This document shows, piece by piece, positions 44,283-57,567 of a stretch of DNA of 64,000 nt (positions are counted from its first letter, which is position 1; every line of letters starts with the position of its first letter). This DNA is from Eledone cirrhosa (taxonomy: Eukaryota). Both the position numbers and the translations under genes were made by a program. Location of the stretch: contig OZ024749.1 in NCBI GenBank assembly GCA_964016885.1, positions 33,356,001 through 33,420,000 on the forward strand, read 5' to 3'. The notes beneath the pieces were generated by a model, which was not told where the DNA came from, ran no database searches, and saw only the letters and a program-made list of their open reading frames with translations.

Positions 44283-44807
44283 AACATGGGGAGAAGAATA
44301 CTGCATGGTTGCACATGGATTACATATTATAAAATTAGTCCTTCATCAGTGATTTGCCAACCATCATTGGTATTTCATCGCATTATATATATATATATAT
44401 ATATATATATGCATATATACATACTAGATGTATTTGTACATGCATACGTACACACACACATACATACATGCATACATATATATGCATATACGCACACACA
44501 CACATATATAGATACATACTTTTATATATTTATACATATACATATTTAAATAGATTTACTCTCTCATTGACTCACTCACGCATACATTTATGCATACGTA
44601 AGTAGTAATGCTTACATACGTGTTGGAATTTCATATGAAATTAAGTTACAGAATTATTGTAAAATTCATACATTGAAGGATTGAATTAGCGACATTGAGA
44701 CAGTTCTATCGCATGGATATCGTATGATTTATACATAGAAGGGACATTTCTGGAATGAGATATTTCCACAAATGAATTCGTGTGTGAATGATAAGAATAT
44801 TATGATA

Positions 44808-45865
44808 TGGTGGATTGGCAGTATCAATAGAGCATCAGACGCCATGTTTTGCAAGCATAGAGTTATGGCACTTTAGGTTCATGTTCTGAAGGTAGAAGGT
44901 CAGACGGTAGAAGGTCAGACGGTAGAAGGTCAGACACCATGCTTTGCAGCATAGAGTTACAGCCCTTTTTTGATCTGAGTTCAAATCCTGTCGAGGTTAA
45001 CTTTGCCTTTCATCCTTACGGGGTCGGATAAAATAAAGTACCAGTCAGGCACTGGGGTCGATTTAATCGACTTTCCCCTTCCCCAAAATTGCTGGCCTTG
45101 TGCCTATATGAGAAACCATTATTAATATTCGGTTTAATCGGTGGATTGGCAGAATCAGTAGAGCGTCAGACATCATGTTTTGAAGCATAGAGTTATGGCC
45201 CTTTAGGTTCATGTTCTGAGTTCAAATCCCGCCGAGGTTAACTTTACCTTTCATCCTTACAGGGTTGGTAAAATAAAGTACCAGTAATGCACTGGGATAA
45301 TTGCTGGCCTTGTGCCAAAAGTAGAAACAAAAAACCGAATATTAATAAAATATTAATAAAATTATTATAATATTAATGAGGCTAATCAGCCGATGTTTAA
45401 ATTAGAAAATACTATACATCTTCAACCGTTCAAGAGAGTGGCATAGAGGTAAACAGTCCTGATGAAGGGTAGTGACCCAGAAACATGTTGATTGTTCCTA
45501 GATGCTACCGTTGAACAAACGGATGACGATTTGTACAGATGCTTCCAAACAAATCGAATATCATTAGGGTCGATAAAATAAAGTACCAGTCATGCACTGG
45601 GATAATTGCTGGCCTTGTGCCTAAAAGTAGAAACAATTATTATTGCGGGGGATTGGCAGTATCGGTAGAAGGTCAGACACCATGCTTTGCAGCATAGAGT
45701 TACAGCCCTTTTTTGATCTGAGTTCAAATCCCGCCGAGGTTAACTTTGCCTTTCATCCTTACGGGGTCGATAAAATAAAGCACCAGTAATGTACTGGAGT
45801 CAATTTAATCGACTACCCCCCCCCCATTCAAATTACTGGCCTTGTGCCTAATATAAAAACAATTA
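44808..45865 (+). mobile_element. Cluster of 4-5 co-oriented SINE family 1 copies
   Basis: Copies at ~44808-45121, 45140-45330, 45567-45640 and 45648-45865. Confidence 0.88.
45452..45496 (+). ncRNA. Minimal type-I hammerhead ribozyme, intact core
   Basis: aacagtc-CTGATGA-a.gggt/accc.a-GAAA-CATG-TT-gattgtt: 7-bp stem I, palindromic ACATGT stem III, GUU triplet. Confidence 0.78.
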
Positions 45866-45878
45866 TTCGATATAGCCA

Positions 45879-45952
<74 letters not shown>

Positions 45953-46387
45953 TGTGTGTGGAATATATGGAATCACAACAACGCATTGATGAAAATAGAT
46001 GGATATAAATTCTGTTTTGATTTCTTCTTCTTCTTCTTCTTCTTCTTCTTCTTCTTCTTCTTCTTCTTCTTCTTCTTCTTCTTCTTCTTCTTCTTCTTCT
46101 TCTTCTTCTTCTTCTTCTTCTCATCATCATCATCATCATCATCATCATTATTATTATTATTTGTTTTTTGCAAAATTAAAAATAAATGTTAAGGTTCTTT
46201 TTGTTTTACGAGCTTCATAATATATTTTTGTTAAAATTATTATTTTATCTGTGGTATAAATTCTTCGTGGAACGTGTAAATAAATGTTTTTAATTGCCTC
46301 TAAGGAAATATTTATCAAATAAAACATCTATTGTATTTCATATTATTTCTTGTTAAAATATATATGCACCACAATGGCAATTTACAG

Positions 46388-46426
<39 letters not shown>

Positions 46427-46611
46427 TAAACAAATAATGAATAAACAATTCCTTATATTAAACAAAAAAATTCATTATTTAACGATCGTTTCTAGGGTAT
46501 ATATGTGTTATAATTGGTATGCATATTCAACAGATCTATGTACAAAATTATACAAAATTATACAAATTATCAAGATTAAATATACATACCTAACATCTTG
46601 GTAGATTTATC

Positions 46612-46655
<44 letters not shown>

Positions 46656-47027
46656 CATATATGTATGTATATATATATATATATATATGTGTGTGTATAT
46701 ATATTTATATATGTATACATACATATATAGACACATATATATGTATCTGTATATATACATATGTATGTATATATATGTATATACATATATATATGTATAT
46801 ATATATATTTTTATATATATATATATATATATATTTATTAAAATAACAGATTAGTCTTCTAATTTATTATTATTACTATATATATATATATACACATATA
46901 TGTATGTGTATATATATATATGTGTGTGTGTGTGTGTATGTGTATATATATTTATATATATATACATACATATATAGACACATATATATGTATCTGTATA
47001 TATACATATGTATGTATATATATATAT

Positions 47028-47073
<46 letters not shown>

Positions 47074-47204
47074 TATATATATTATATACATATAGTATAT
47101 ATACGAAATAAAATAAAATAAAATAAAATGAAAATATTTGTTAAATTTGCCAAATGACAACAATCTCTGTTCTATTTAAAGAAACATTATTTTCTCTTTC
47201 ATAT

Positions 47205-47385
47205 GGTGGATTGGCAGTATGAGTAGAGGGTCGGACGCCATGCTTTCCAGCATAGTTACGTCCCTTTACGATCTGAGTTCAAATCCCGCCGAGGTTGACT
47301 TTGCCTTTCATCCTTACGGGGTCGATAAAATAAAGTACCAGTAATGCACTGGATTATTGCTGGCCTTGTGCCTAAAGTAGAAACA
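47205..47385 (+). mobile_element. Full-length SINE family 1 with 19-bp TSD
   Basis: ATTATTTTC(T/C)CTTTCATAT on both sides. Confidence 0.93.
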
Positions 47386-47597
47386 ATTATTTTCCCTTTC
47401 ATATACATATATGACACACACACACACACACACAGATATATATATAGTAATAATAATAAATTTTAAGACTGAAATCCAAAGAGGGCTCGATAAGGATAAA
47501 TATATATCAAATATATAAGAACCGTAGAGCAAATATTTATTAAAATAACAGATTAAAGTTAAAGCAAAGAATCGCTGTTTTCACCTTTAATCTGTTA

Positions 47598-47662
<65 letters not shown>

Positions 47663-47684
47663 CTATGTATGTATATACATATAT

Positions 47685-48266
47685 GTCGGGTCACTCTTGA
47701 GTGCTACTGGTAACATGTAACCCAGTAGAACCTGTCGCATGGTCGGGTCGTCGGCGACTAAACCGGCAACCCCACCAAGTTTACTTGGTGAGGAGGGTGA
47801 TTTTGGACATTCTGCAAGACAAAAAACAAAACCTGACAAAGGGCGAAAGAACTCATAGGAGTCAACGGCCATCCAAAAGTGGGTAAATACGTATATACAC
47901 ATGTACATATGTATGTATATGCGCGGGGACATAGAAATAGTCGGGGTGGACACCCGATTGCGCGGTTAAACCACTGGGAGTGAAGGAATCCTAGCCTTTG
48001 TCAGGGCATTCTTCTAGAAGAAGGCAACTCAGGAAACTGGGATAACTCCGATATAAAATCTGCGGCTCAATAGTTACCGATGATGTTGAACTTGTTTTTC
48101 TTTTCGGGTTATAGCTACTGTCGCTCAGAGAGTGGGATTGGCTCAGTGCACAGTTTTTCCTCACTTTACAAAATATCTTCACGCACAGGCATTGTACGAT
48201 GGAATTAATTAATAATTATTAATAATGGTATATCGTGCAATGGCCATACTCGATAACGAGGGGGCA

Positions 48267-48273
<7 letters not shown>
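47685..48273 (+). mobile_element. Full-length bipartite non-autonomous RTE element (family A)
   Basis: Structured 5' region, CTAGAAGAAGGCAACTC RTE-5'UTR-like motif and 3' stem-loop TGGCCATACTCG..CGAG..CAGCCA; no ORF; homologous to 56908-57541. Confidence 0.72.
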
Positions 48274-48330
<57 letters not shown>

Positions 48331-48406
48331 CGGTATAACTATGTATGTATGTATGCACATATGTATGCTTGTATGTTTATATGTATGTATGTATGTATAT
48401 ATGTAT

Positions 48407-49117
48407 GTTCTTCTGGTTTTATAATTTCACAAATTTTTGCCAATAGAGAGAGAGTCGGTTTCTAACATAGATACAAGACTCTCTCATTGGAATTACACAA
48501 TTTCAACTAGGTATGTATGTATGCATGTCTGTATGCATGCAGCTGTAGATATGGATGTTATTGTATGTGTGGATGTGGATGTTTTGAGTTGTATATGTGC
48601 ATGTGTATAAGCTTAGTATATGTACATGTGTATATGCAGTTATTAGATGCAAAATTTTTGGAATGCTTTATATATTTTTACTGTTCCATTAATGGATTGT
48701 ACTTGTAATTTCCTAACTAGTTGTGTTCTTTCTGTTCCTCTGAAGCCTAGCTTCTCAAGATTTGTATTGAGGTAGTTACTAACATATCCCAGTGCCCCAA
48801 TAATCACAGGCATAAATCTGAAGGTGTAATCAGGGTGGAGTACCTGCAGATTTCTCATCAGGTCTGCATAAATATTCTCCTTTTCGCTAATCTTTGATAT
48901 TGGCATCTGCTGGACAGCTTACTTCCACTACTGTGCATGCCTTCTTTTCCCTGTCCCATATCATAATATCTAGTCTGTTATGCCTGCATTTTATTGGGGT
49001 TTTTACTGGAACATTCCACCAGTACTCTTTCATATTATGTATATGTATGTCTTCCACATTGCTGTAGCTGCTAATGTATTTATTATCAGGGCTATCTTTT
49101 CTACGGATTGCATTGTA
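48407..49117 (-). mobile_element. 3' fragment of an R4/Dong-clade LINE (RLE domain and 3' UTR) in (CATA)n
   Basis: EYWWNVPVKTPIKCRHNRLDIMIWDREKKACTVVEVSCPAD / EKENIYADL..FMPVIIGALG (frameshifted); TATG tracts on both sides. Confidence 0.88.
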
Positions 49118-49487
49118 CATGTATGTATGTATGTTTATATGTATGTGTGTATGTATATATATGTATGTGCATATATGTATATGTATATATGTATGTACGC
49201 ATTTCAATAAATAATCCAAAAATGTATATGAAGAATATTTTTTACTTTACAACATCCGTTTATCTTGCGTTTTCTCTATTCTCTCTCTCTCTTCAGAAAC
49301 TGTTCTGTGTATATTATGAGCTTCGAGGTCTAGCATATATTGGATCTGAATTTTTCTTACTCTCTTTAATGTGTGTGTGAGTATATGTGTGTGTGAATGT
49401 GTGTGAGTATGTGTGTGTGTGTGTGTGCGCGTGCGTATTTTGTGCGTGTGTGTATCTGCTTTTTCTCTTTCTATCTATCTATTTCTC

Positions 49488-49636
<149 letters not shown>

Positions 49637-50118
49637 GTGTGTCGTTCCATAGTTAAGCTTGTTGAAACTCTAACCTTCTATTATGTATCATGTTAAGAAT
49701 ATAGATTGTCACCGATGTTGTTCCTTAGTTAAGCTTGTTGGAAGTTAAACCGTCTATCATGTACTATGTTAAGAATTTAGATTATGTCATCGATCTCGTT
49801 CCATAGTTAAGCTTGTTGAATTTGCTTTATGTTATTTCCATTATTCCATCGACTTCGTTTCTTACTTCAACCTATTGATAGCCCAACATTCGATCTCTCA
49901 TTATGTTAAAAATATTGATTATATCCTCAATTTGTTTTCTTGCTTTACTCGAACCCTGTTTCTTGATGTTGGAGATTCTGATTATGTCTTCGATTTCGTT
50001 ACATGGTTAAAGTGTAGTTGTTTCGAACACATATCACAGATAAGCAGAATAATATTAGAGTAATAACAAATAATTATAAGGAACATGACTGTGACAGTGA
50101 CAATGATGGCCATATTGG

Positions 50119-50153
<35 letters not shown>

Positions 50154-50591
50154 TCGGTCGTGATGACGATCATAATGATAATGACGATGTTGATGATGAT
50201 GATGACGACGACGACGACGATCATGATAATGATGATGATTATGTTGACGATGGTGATGATGATGATGATGATATTGATGAGGATAATGATGATGATGATG
50301 ATGAGGATAATGACGATGATGATGATGATGAGGAGGAGGAGGATAATGATGATGACGATGATGATGATGATGATGATGATGACGATGATGATGATGACGA
50401 TGACGATGATGTCGATGGAATCAGTTATTTAAACTTGTTATCTAGTTCTTCAACACAAACAGTACGAAGCCTTTTAAGAAATCATCTACTAAGATAGGTA
50501 CGTTTATATCTTTAAAATAAATAAATAAATAAATAAATAAATAAATATATAAATAAATAAATAAATATATACATAAATAAATAAATAAATA

Positions 50592-51847
50592 CAGGGGTTG
50601 GATAAAATAATGGAAACACCTTAAAATTTCAAATAAATTTATTTTAATATGTCAGTAATTACAGCTTGAATTCTACGAGGTATGGACTCGTACTAGGTTT
50701 GAATTGTTTCCAAAGGAATTTGTGTCCATTCTTCAGCTAAAAAAATCTCCACTTCTTCTAGTGATGATGGTGGAGGATATCGACTCCTTACTTGTTTTTC
50801 TAAAATGCACCATAAATGTTCAATAATATTGAGATCTGGGGAGTGTGGAGGCCAGATAAGATGTTCAACTTCACTAGAATGTTCCTCGTGCCATTCAGTA
50901 ACAACTTTAGCTGTGTGAATTGGTGCATTATCATCCTGAAAGATTGTGTTTCCCCCCGGAAAACCCTCCGCAACCATAGGATGAATTTGATCAGATAAAA
51001 TGCTTAAATAGTCTTGACTATTAATTCTGCCATGAAGGGAAACCATTGGGCTGGCGGATTTGCAAGATATAGCCCCCCAGATCATCACAGATCCTCCTCC
51101 ATGTTTAACAGTTGGAAGAAGGTAGTCTGGGTCAAATGCTTCTTTTGGCTGTCTCCACTCGTATACTCGGCCGGTGGTCAGAAATAAGGTAAAGGATGAC
51201 TCGTCTGAGAAAATAACATTCTTCCACTGCTCTAGGGACCAATTCTGTAGGTTTTTACTCCACTCTAAACGCTTTGCAACGTTTGTTTTTGAAAGTAGTG
51301 GTTTTCTGATTGCAGCCCTCCCGTGAAATCCGGCTTTGTGCAGCTCCCGGCGAACAGTTTTTGTGGAAACTGGGTTCTCGAGGTGGTCATTAAGCTCTGC
51401 GGTAATTTTGGGAGCTGTACTTTTGTGATCCTTTCTAACAATTCGCGTAAGAGTCCGACGGTCCCTATCTGAAAGTTTTGGATTTCTTCCGGAGTTTTCT
51501 TTCGACGAGGAGGTTTTTCCCTCTTTCTCAAAGGCTGTCATTACTTTCGAGACAGTACTTCTTGATATACCAAACATTTCGGCTGTTTTCGTGACTCTAG
51601 CGCCTGCCATACGAGCACCAACAATTTGACCTCTTTGAAAGTCCGATAGATCTGTCATTTTAATGAATTTTAATTACCTTTTTCTGATGATATCTAAAAA
51701 GAAACAGTAATTTTAACAAAACATATTAAGCAACACTAATAATAAATTAAAAAATATAAAAATAAACAATCTTTTGACGGTTTTATAGATATTTCAAAAT
51801 TATGATGCCATGATGCTAGGTGTTTCCATTATTTTGTCCAACCCCTG
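50592..51847 (-). mobile_element. Tc1/mariner DNA transposon, 1256 bp, ~30-bp TIRs
   Basis: CAGGGGTTGGATAAAATAATGGAAACACCT / AGGTGTTTCCATTATTTTGTCCAACCCCTG (1 mismatch); TA on the left, TG on the right. Confidence 0.97.
50693..51658 (-). CDS. Tc1-family DD36E transposase, C-terminally truncated by a TAG
   Basis: Paired HTH N-terminus, GRNPK, FSDES, QDDNAPIH, SPDLNIIE; 36 residues between D2 and E; homology continues past the stop (YESIPRRIQAVI). Confidence 0.95.
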   Translation of the reverse strand: MTDLSDFQRGQIVGARMAGARVTKTAEMFGISRSTVSKVMTAFEKEGKTSSSKENSGRNPKLSDRDRRTLTRIVRKDHKSTAPKITAELNDHLENPVSTKTVRRELHKAGFHGRAAIRKPLLSKTNVAKRLEWSKNLQNWSLEQWKNVIFSDESSFTLFLTTGRVYEWRQPKEAFDPDYLLPTVKHGGGSVMIWGAISCKSASPMVSLHGRINSQDYLSILSDQIHPMVAEGFPGGNTIFQDDNAPIHTAKVVTEWHEEHSSEVEHLIWPPHSPDLNIIEHLWCILEKQVRSRYPPPSSLEEVEIFLAEEWTQIPLETIQT

Positions 51848-52027
51848 TGTATATATAAATAAATAAATAAATAAATGAACATATAAATAAATAAATAAAT
51901 ATATATATATAAATAAATAAATATATAAATAAAGCAACAACAACAACAACAACAACAACAACAGGTGCATTTATATCTTTAAAATAAATAAATAAATAAA
52001 TAAATATATAAATAAAGCAACAAAAAG

Positions 52028-52060
<33 letters not shown>

Positions 52061-52160
52061 GGTACATTTATATCTTAAAAATAAATAAATAAATAAATAT
52101 ATAAATATATAAATAAATATATAAATAAATAAATAAATATATAAATAAAGCAACAAAAAG

Positions 52161-52191
<31 letters not shown>

Positions 52192-52564
52192 AACAAAACA
52201 ATACAAACAAACAAAAAACAAAACAAAACCTAATTTAAAAAAGAAAAAAAGAACTACCATTGCGTCTAAGTCAGTTGTTGCTGAGATATGGAGTTTGGTG
52301 AGTTAGTTAGATAAACGAAGAAGACTTTTGAATAAGCCTCAAATCTCCCTGACGTCAATGGCTTATCAAATCCGCTTAGTATATTCTCTTACTTCGGAAA
52401 TCATAAAAGTATTTTGTACAAATCATCTTGGAAACTTGAATGAATACTATAATTCTAAAAATACGATTTAAAATACTCAGAGAGTAAGTTAATGATTCTA
52501 ATAGATTTGTCTGCGGAATTATGTATTTACTAAATTACACCTACGCAAAAGCGCCGTAGAATGG

Positions 52565-53668
52565 TTGGCACATGATGATGATGATGTTGGTGGTGGTGAG
52601 GGTAGTAGTAGTGGAAGTGATGGTGATGGTGGTAGTGGTGGTGATGATAGTAGTGGTGGTGATGATGGGGGTGGTGGTAGTGGTGGTGATGATGGTAGTG
52701 GTGGTGGTGATGGTGGTGGTGATGATGGGGGTGGTGGTGGTGATGGTGGAAGTGGTGACGATGGTGATGGTGATGATGGTAGTGGTGGTGGTGGTGATGG
52801 TGGTGATGGTGGTAGTGGTGGTGATGGTGATGAGGGTATTGGTAGTGATGGTGATGGTGATGATGATGGCGGTGGTGATAGTGGTGGTGATAGTGGTGGT
52901 GATGATCTTAGTGGTGGTGATGATGGTAGTGGTGGTGATGATGGGGGTGGTGGTGGTGGTGGTGATGGTGGTATAGTGGCGGTGATGGTGATGGTGATGA
53001 TGGTAGTGGTGGTGGTGATGGTGGTGGTGATGATGGGGGTGGTGGTGGTGATGGTGGAAGTGGTGACGGTGATGGTGATGGTGATGATGGTAGTGGTGGT
53101 GGTGATGGTGATGGTGATGATGGGTGGTGGTGGTGGTGATGGAGGTATAGTGGCGGTGATGGTGATGGTGATGATGGTAGTGGTGGTGGTGATGGTGGTG
53201 GTGATGATGGGGGTGGTGGTGGTGATGGTGGAAGTGGTGACGATGGTGATGGTGATGATGGTAGTGGTGGTGGTGGTGATGGTGGTGATGGTGGTAGTGG
53301 TGGTGATGGTGATGAGGGTATTGGTAGTGATGGTGATGGTGATGATGATGGCGGTGGTGATAGTGGTGGTGATAGTGGTGGTGATGATCTTAGTGGTGGT
53401 GATGATGGTAGTGATAGTGGTGGTGATGGTGATGAGGGGATTGGTAGTGATGGTGATGGTGGTAGTGGTGGTTAATGGTGGTAGTGGTGGTTAATGGTGG
53501 TGTGATGGTAATGATGGTAGTAGTGGTGATGGTAGTGGTGATGATGGTGATGAGGGTATTGGTAGTGATGGTGATGGTGATGGTGATGTTGGTAATGGTG
53601 GTGATGGTGGTGGTGATGATGATGGCAGTAGTGGTGGTGGACGTGCTGCTGGTGAAGGTGGTGGTAGT
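52565..53668. repeat. (GGT/GAT)n low-complexity tract with internal duplications
   Basis: Read directly. Confidence 0.9.
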
Positions 53669-53744
53669 GTTTATCTCCTTTCGCGTCGAAATAATTTTTT
53701 TAAATGGCTCGACTTTTGGTAGTGTCATTGCACTTCACCTTTGA

Positions 53745-54130
53745 GACCAATGAGACGCGGCGTGGGTGTACGCCATCGACTCGGAAACCAAAGCTCAGTG
53801 AACCCCGTGGAAGCACCCAAAGTCGCCCAAGGCCAAAAAAAAGCACGCCAGGTGTGAAGCAAAATCAATGTGATGCTGACTGTTTTTCTTCAACTACCAA
53901 GATGTTGTGCATCTAGAATACACACCAGAAGGACATGCCATTATATAAGAGTACTATCGGGAAACACCCGGATATCTACATAATGCAATTCAGCCACAAC
54001 ATACCATATATGTGAACCTCATAACACTGTCAGTTGAATCATGCGAAAGCCCCGGCTCATTCGTTGTAGCTGATCCAAGGTTTCTTGGCAAAGAAAGGCA
54101 TTTTGCCAATTCACTAGGCGCCCTGTTCTT
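53745..54130 (+). pseudogene. Decayed mariner transposase fragment
   Basis: Across frameshifts: NETR/WVYAIDSETKAQ..SPRPKK/ARQV*SKINVMLTVF/FNYQDVVHLEYTPEG..EYY..HAKAPAHSL*LIQGFLAK. Confidence 0.85.
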
Positions 54131-54576
54131 TGACAGAACATCATGCGGACTGCGACAGTGGAACTGAGAGTCACCCCGGAAGAAGGATTCTAGATGTATA
54201 AAATATATATGTAATTAAAGGACGAATTAATGTACTAATTTTCTGCGAACAATAAATTGATCACTATGCATCTTTGTGTAGAAGCATTAGGGAAACCCTA
54301 AACATAACTTGAACTTTTGACGCAATAAAACCCTACCTAAATGCACACACAGACGCAACCCCCCCCCCCCCCCCCACACACACACACAATACAGAACTAA
54401 GAAATGCCATCTTGACCATTTTTGTGAATAGAAAAGGAAATCTAAATCAAGAGAATCAATTGAATTCTGATCTGTTGAACCCGATTTCAACCATCACCAC
54501 CCCATCATCACAAAGAACATATACCACGAGAAGAAATTTTGAAAGACTGCCCCCAGGATATGAGAACAAACCTTTT

Positions 54577-54621
54577 AAATATTTGATAAGATTGACATAA
54601 CGATCGAAACCGGCAATATTT
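54577..54621 (+). ncRNA. Decayed minimal type-I hammerhead
   Basis: aaatat-TTGATAA-gattg/cgatc-GAAA-CCGG-CA-atattt: stems intact, 3 core substitutions. Confidence 0.6.
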
Positions 54622-54787
54622 GACAACATTTAAATTCATTTAATTTAACAATTATAAAAATATTTATTCTGTCGGATTAAAGAAAAAAGTAATTTTTAAA
54701 TGTGCCGGTGTGCTTTTTCACTTTTACCTATTACCCCCCCCCTCTTTATCTCTCTCTCTCTCTCTCTCTAAATATATATATATATTC

Positions 54788-54847
<60 letters not shown>

Positions 54848-55106
54848 ATTATATAATATATATATGGGAGGGTTGTATGTGTGTGTGTGTTTGTGTACGT
54901 GTATGTATGAGTCTGCAAATATACATATGTATGTGCAAATAAACACATTTATATATATATATATATGTAGTAATAATAATAAATGTGAAGACTAAAATCC
55001 GAAGAGGGCTCGATGTATATAAAACCGTAGAGCAAATATTTATTTAACAGAAAATCCCGTTAAGGGTGAAAGCAGCGATTATTTGCTTATATATACATAT
55101 ATATTT

Positions 55107-55335
55107 AATTCAATTCAATTCAATATATTTGGCAGAAAATAAAACATAGATGCTTCAGATGCCATGTAAGGAGGGGAGAGGGGCAAAATTTACACAGTCG
55201 GAAACACAGTGGTCCAACACCGGCCCAATTTCGCCTTGAATTGTTGCGTGGTTGGCGCGTTGACTACTTCTTCTGGAAGCCGATTCCAGGGTCCAGAGAT
55301 GCGGATCGAGAAAGCAGGCTTTCCGTCTATTTACA
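55107..55335 (-). mobile_element. CR1/L2-like LINE 3' end with (ATTGA)n tail
   Basis: NRRKAC/FSIRISGPWNRLPEEVVNAPTTQQFKAKL. Confidence 0.8.
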
Positions 55336-55363
55336 TACACACACACACAAACGCACACAAACG

Positions 55364-55510
<147 letters not shown>

Positions 55511-56108
55511 GTATATATATATATATATATATATTTATATAAATATGTATGTATAGTTAAGTATGTATAGTACCATATCTAATATTCTAACGTTTAAAAG
55601 AAAAATAACAAATAGCATAAACATAACAAAAACCAAACCAACCAATCAACAAACAAACAAACAAACAAACAAACTAACCATTTAGTCTTGCTATAGAATA
55701 TAGAATAATGGTAATATTGGGTCATATATGGCCGCCAAACATTTTCGGATTATAGTTTCATAGAAATTAATCTATTTTATGAACCCGTGTCAGGTTATTG
55801 CCAGTAGCTCTGTTATTACAGTCGGTTGATTGGTTTGTATGGAGTTGGCAAGTAAACTTTGGTAAATTATCTGACGCATTATATGGCAATTTGAAGAATG
55901 AAACATGATACCCCGAATTTCTCTCATATATGACTTGCTGAAAACTCCTTGGGAATAGTATCATAAATCTAATATTAATAGAAGTCTATAAAGTGTATTT
56001 TGTGTATTTAATAAGTGTAGTGTCATTTGTATGTATGTATGTATGTATGTATGTATGTATGTATGTATGTATGTATGTATGTATGTATGTATGTATGTAT
56101 GTATGTAT

Positions 56109-56718
56109 GTCAGGTCACCAGTTGGTGCTACTGGTAACATGTATTCCAGTACAACCTGTCCCATGGTCGGGTCGTTGGCGACTAAACTGGCAACCCCACC
56201 AAGGTTTCTTGGTGAGGAGGGTGACTTTGGACATCCTGCATGACTAAAAACAAAACCTGTCAAAGGACAGAGGAGCTCTTAAGAGTCAATGGCCATCCAA
56301 AATAACTGGGAGAGATGACCCCTTAGCCTTTGTCAAGGCAGAATTCTAGGAGAAGGAAAACTCTGATATAACACCTGCAACCCTGATGGTATCCAATGAT
56401 GTTGACTTGTTCTTCTTTTTGGTAAATATCATCTTGGTTAAGAGAGTGGGACTGGCTTTGTGCAGTGCCTTTGCTCACTATAAAAGCTTCACAGCACAGG
56501 CATTGCTTTATATCTGGAGATCTCTCTGCACTTGTCGTCACATGGTACCATGGGCCCAGCACTATGTGTCAATAATTGTCACACGTGTAGTGTTTGTACC
56601 AGAGTTTTGAAGTCGCTGGCTGGACTAAAAAGTCACACTCGTTCAGCGCATCGGTAGGGGTTCTCCTACATGGATATAAAGTAGTGGCCGTACTCGAAAA
56701 CGAGTTGGCAGCCACCAT
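56109..56718 (+). mobile_element. Full-length bipartite non-autonomous RTE element (family B) in (TATG)n
   Basis: 5' region homologous to 47685; 3' 400 bp near-identical to 26707-27109. Confidence 0.78.
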
Positions 56719-56907
56719 GTATGTATGTATGTATGTATGTATGTATGTATGTATGTATGTATGTATGTATGTATGTATGTGTGTATGTGTGTATGTATGC
56801 TTGTGTGTGTGAGTGTGTATGTATGTTTGTGTGTGTGTATATATGTGTGTGTATCTACGTATGTATGTGTATGTGTATGGATGTATGTATGTATGTATAT
56901 GGGTTTT

Positions 56908-57541
56908 TTTTTTGTCCTGCAGGGTGTCCAAAATCACCCTCCTCACCAAGTAAACTTGGTGGGGTTGCTGGTTTAGTCGCCGAGGACCCGACCATGCGAC
57001 AGATTGTATTGGGTTACATGTTACCAGTAGCACTCAAGAGTCACCCGACAAAAAACAAAGCCTGACAAAGCGCGGAAGAACTCATAAGAGTCAACGGCCA
57101 TCCAAAAGTGTGTACATATGTATATACACATGTACATATGTATGTATATGTAAATGTGTATATACATGGGTACATATGTATGTATATGCACGGGGACATA
57201 GAAATAGTCGGGCTGGACACCCGATCGCGCGGTTAAACCACTGGGAGTGAATGACTCCTAGCCTTTGTTAGGCATTCTTCTAGGAGAAGTCAACTCAGGA
57301 AACTGGGATATTCCGATATAAAACCTGCGGCTCAGTAGTTACCGATGATGTTGATCTTTTCTTCTTTTCGGGTTATAGCTACTGTTGCTCAGAGAGTGGG
57401 ATTGGCTCAGTCCACAGTTTTTACTCACTTTAAAAAATACCTTCACGCCCAGGCATTGCACGATGGAATTAATTAATAATTATTAATAATGCTATATCGT
57501 GCCATGGCCATACTCGATAGCGAGGGGACAGCCATCATCAT
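56908..57541 (+). mobile_element. Family A bipartite RTE element with inverted 5' ~140 bp
   Basis: 56908-57049 is the reverse complement of the 47685-47826 region; the remainder is colinear. Confidence 0.85.
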
Positions 57542-57567
57542 GTATATGTGTATGTATTCTGCACTAA

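Noticed and set aside
50018-50497. Poly-Asp acidic (biomineralisation-like) protein
   Set aside because: (GAT)n tract with no signal peptide or splice support.
52565-53494. Gly/Asp-rich 309-aa ORF
   Set aside because: GGT/GAT low complexity; composition flips from G/D to V/M mid-ORF.
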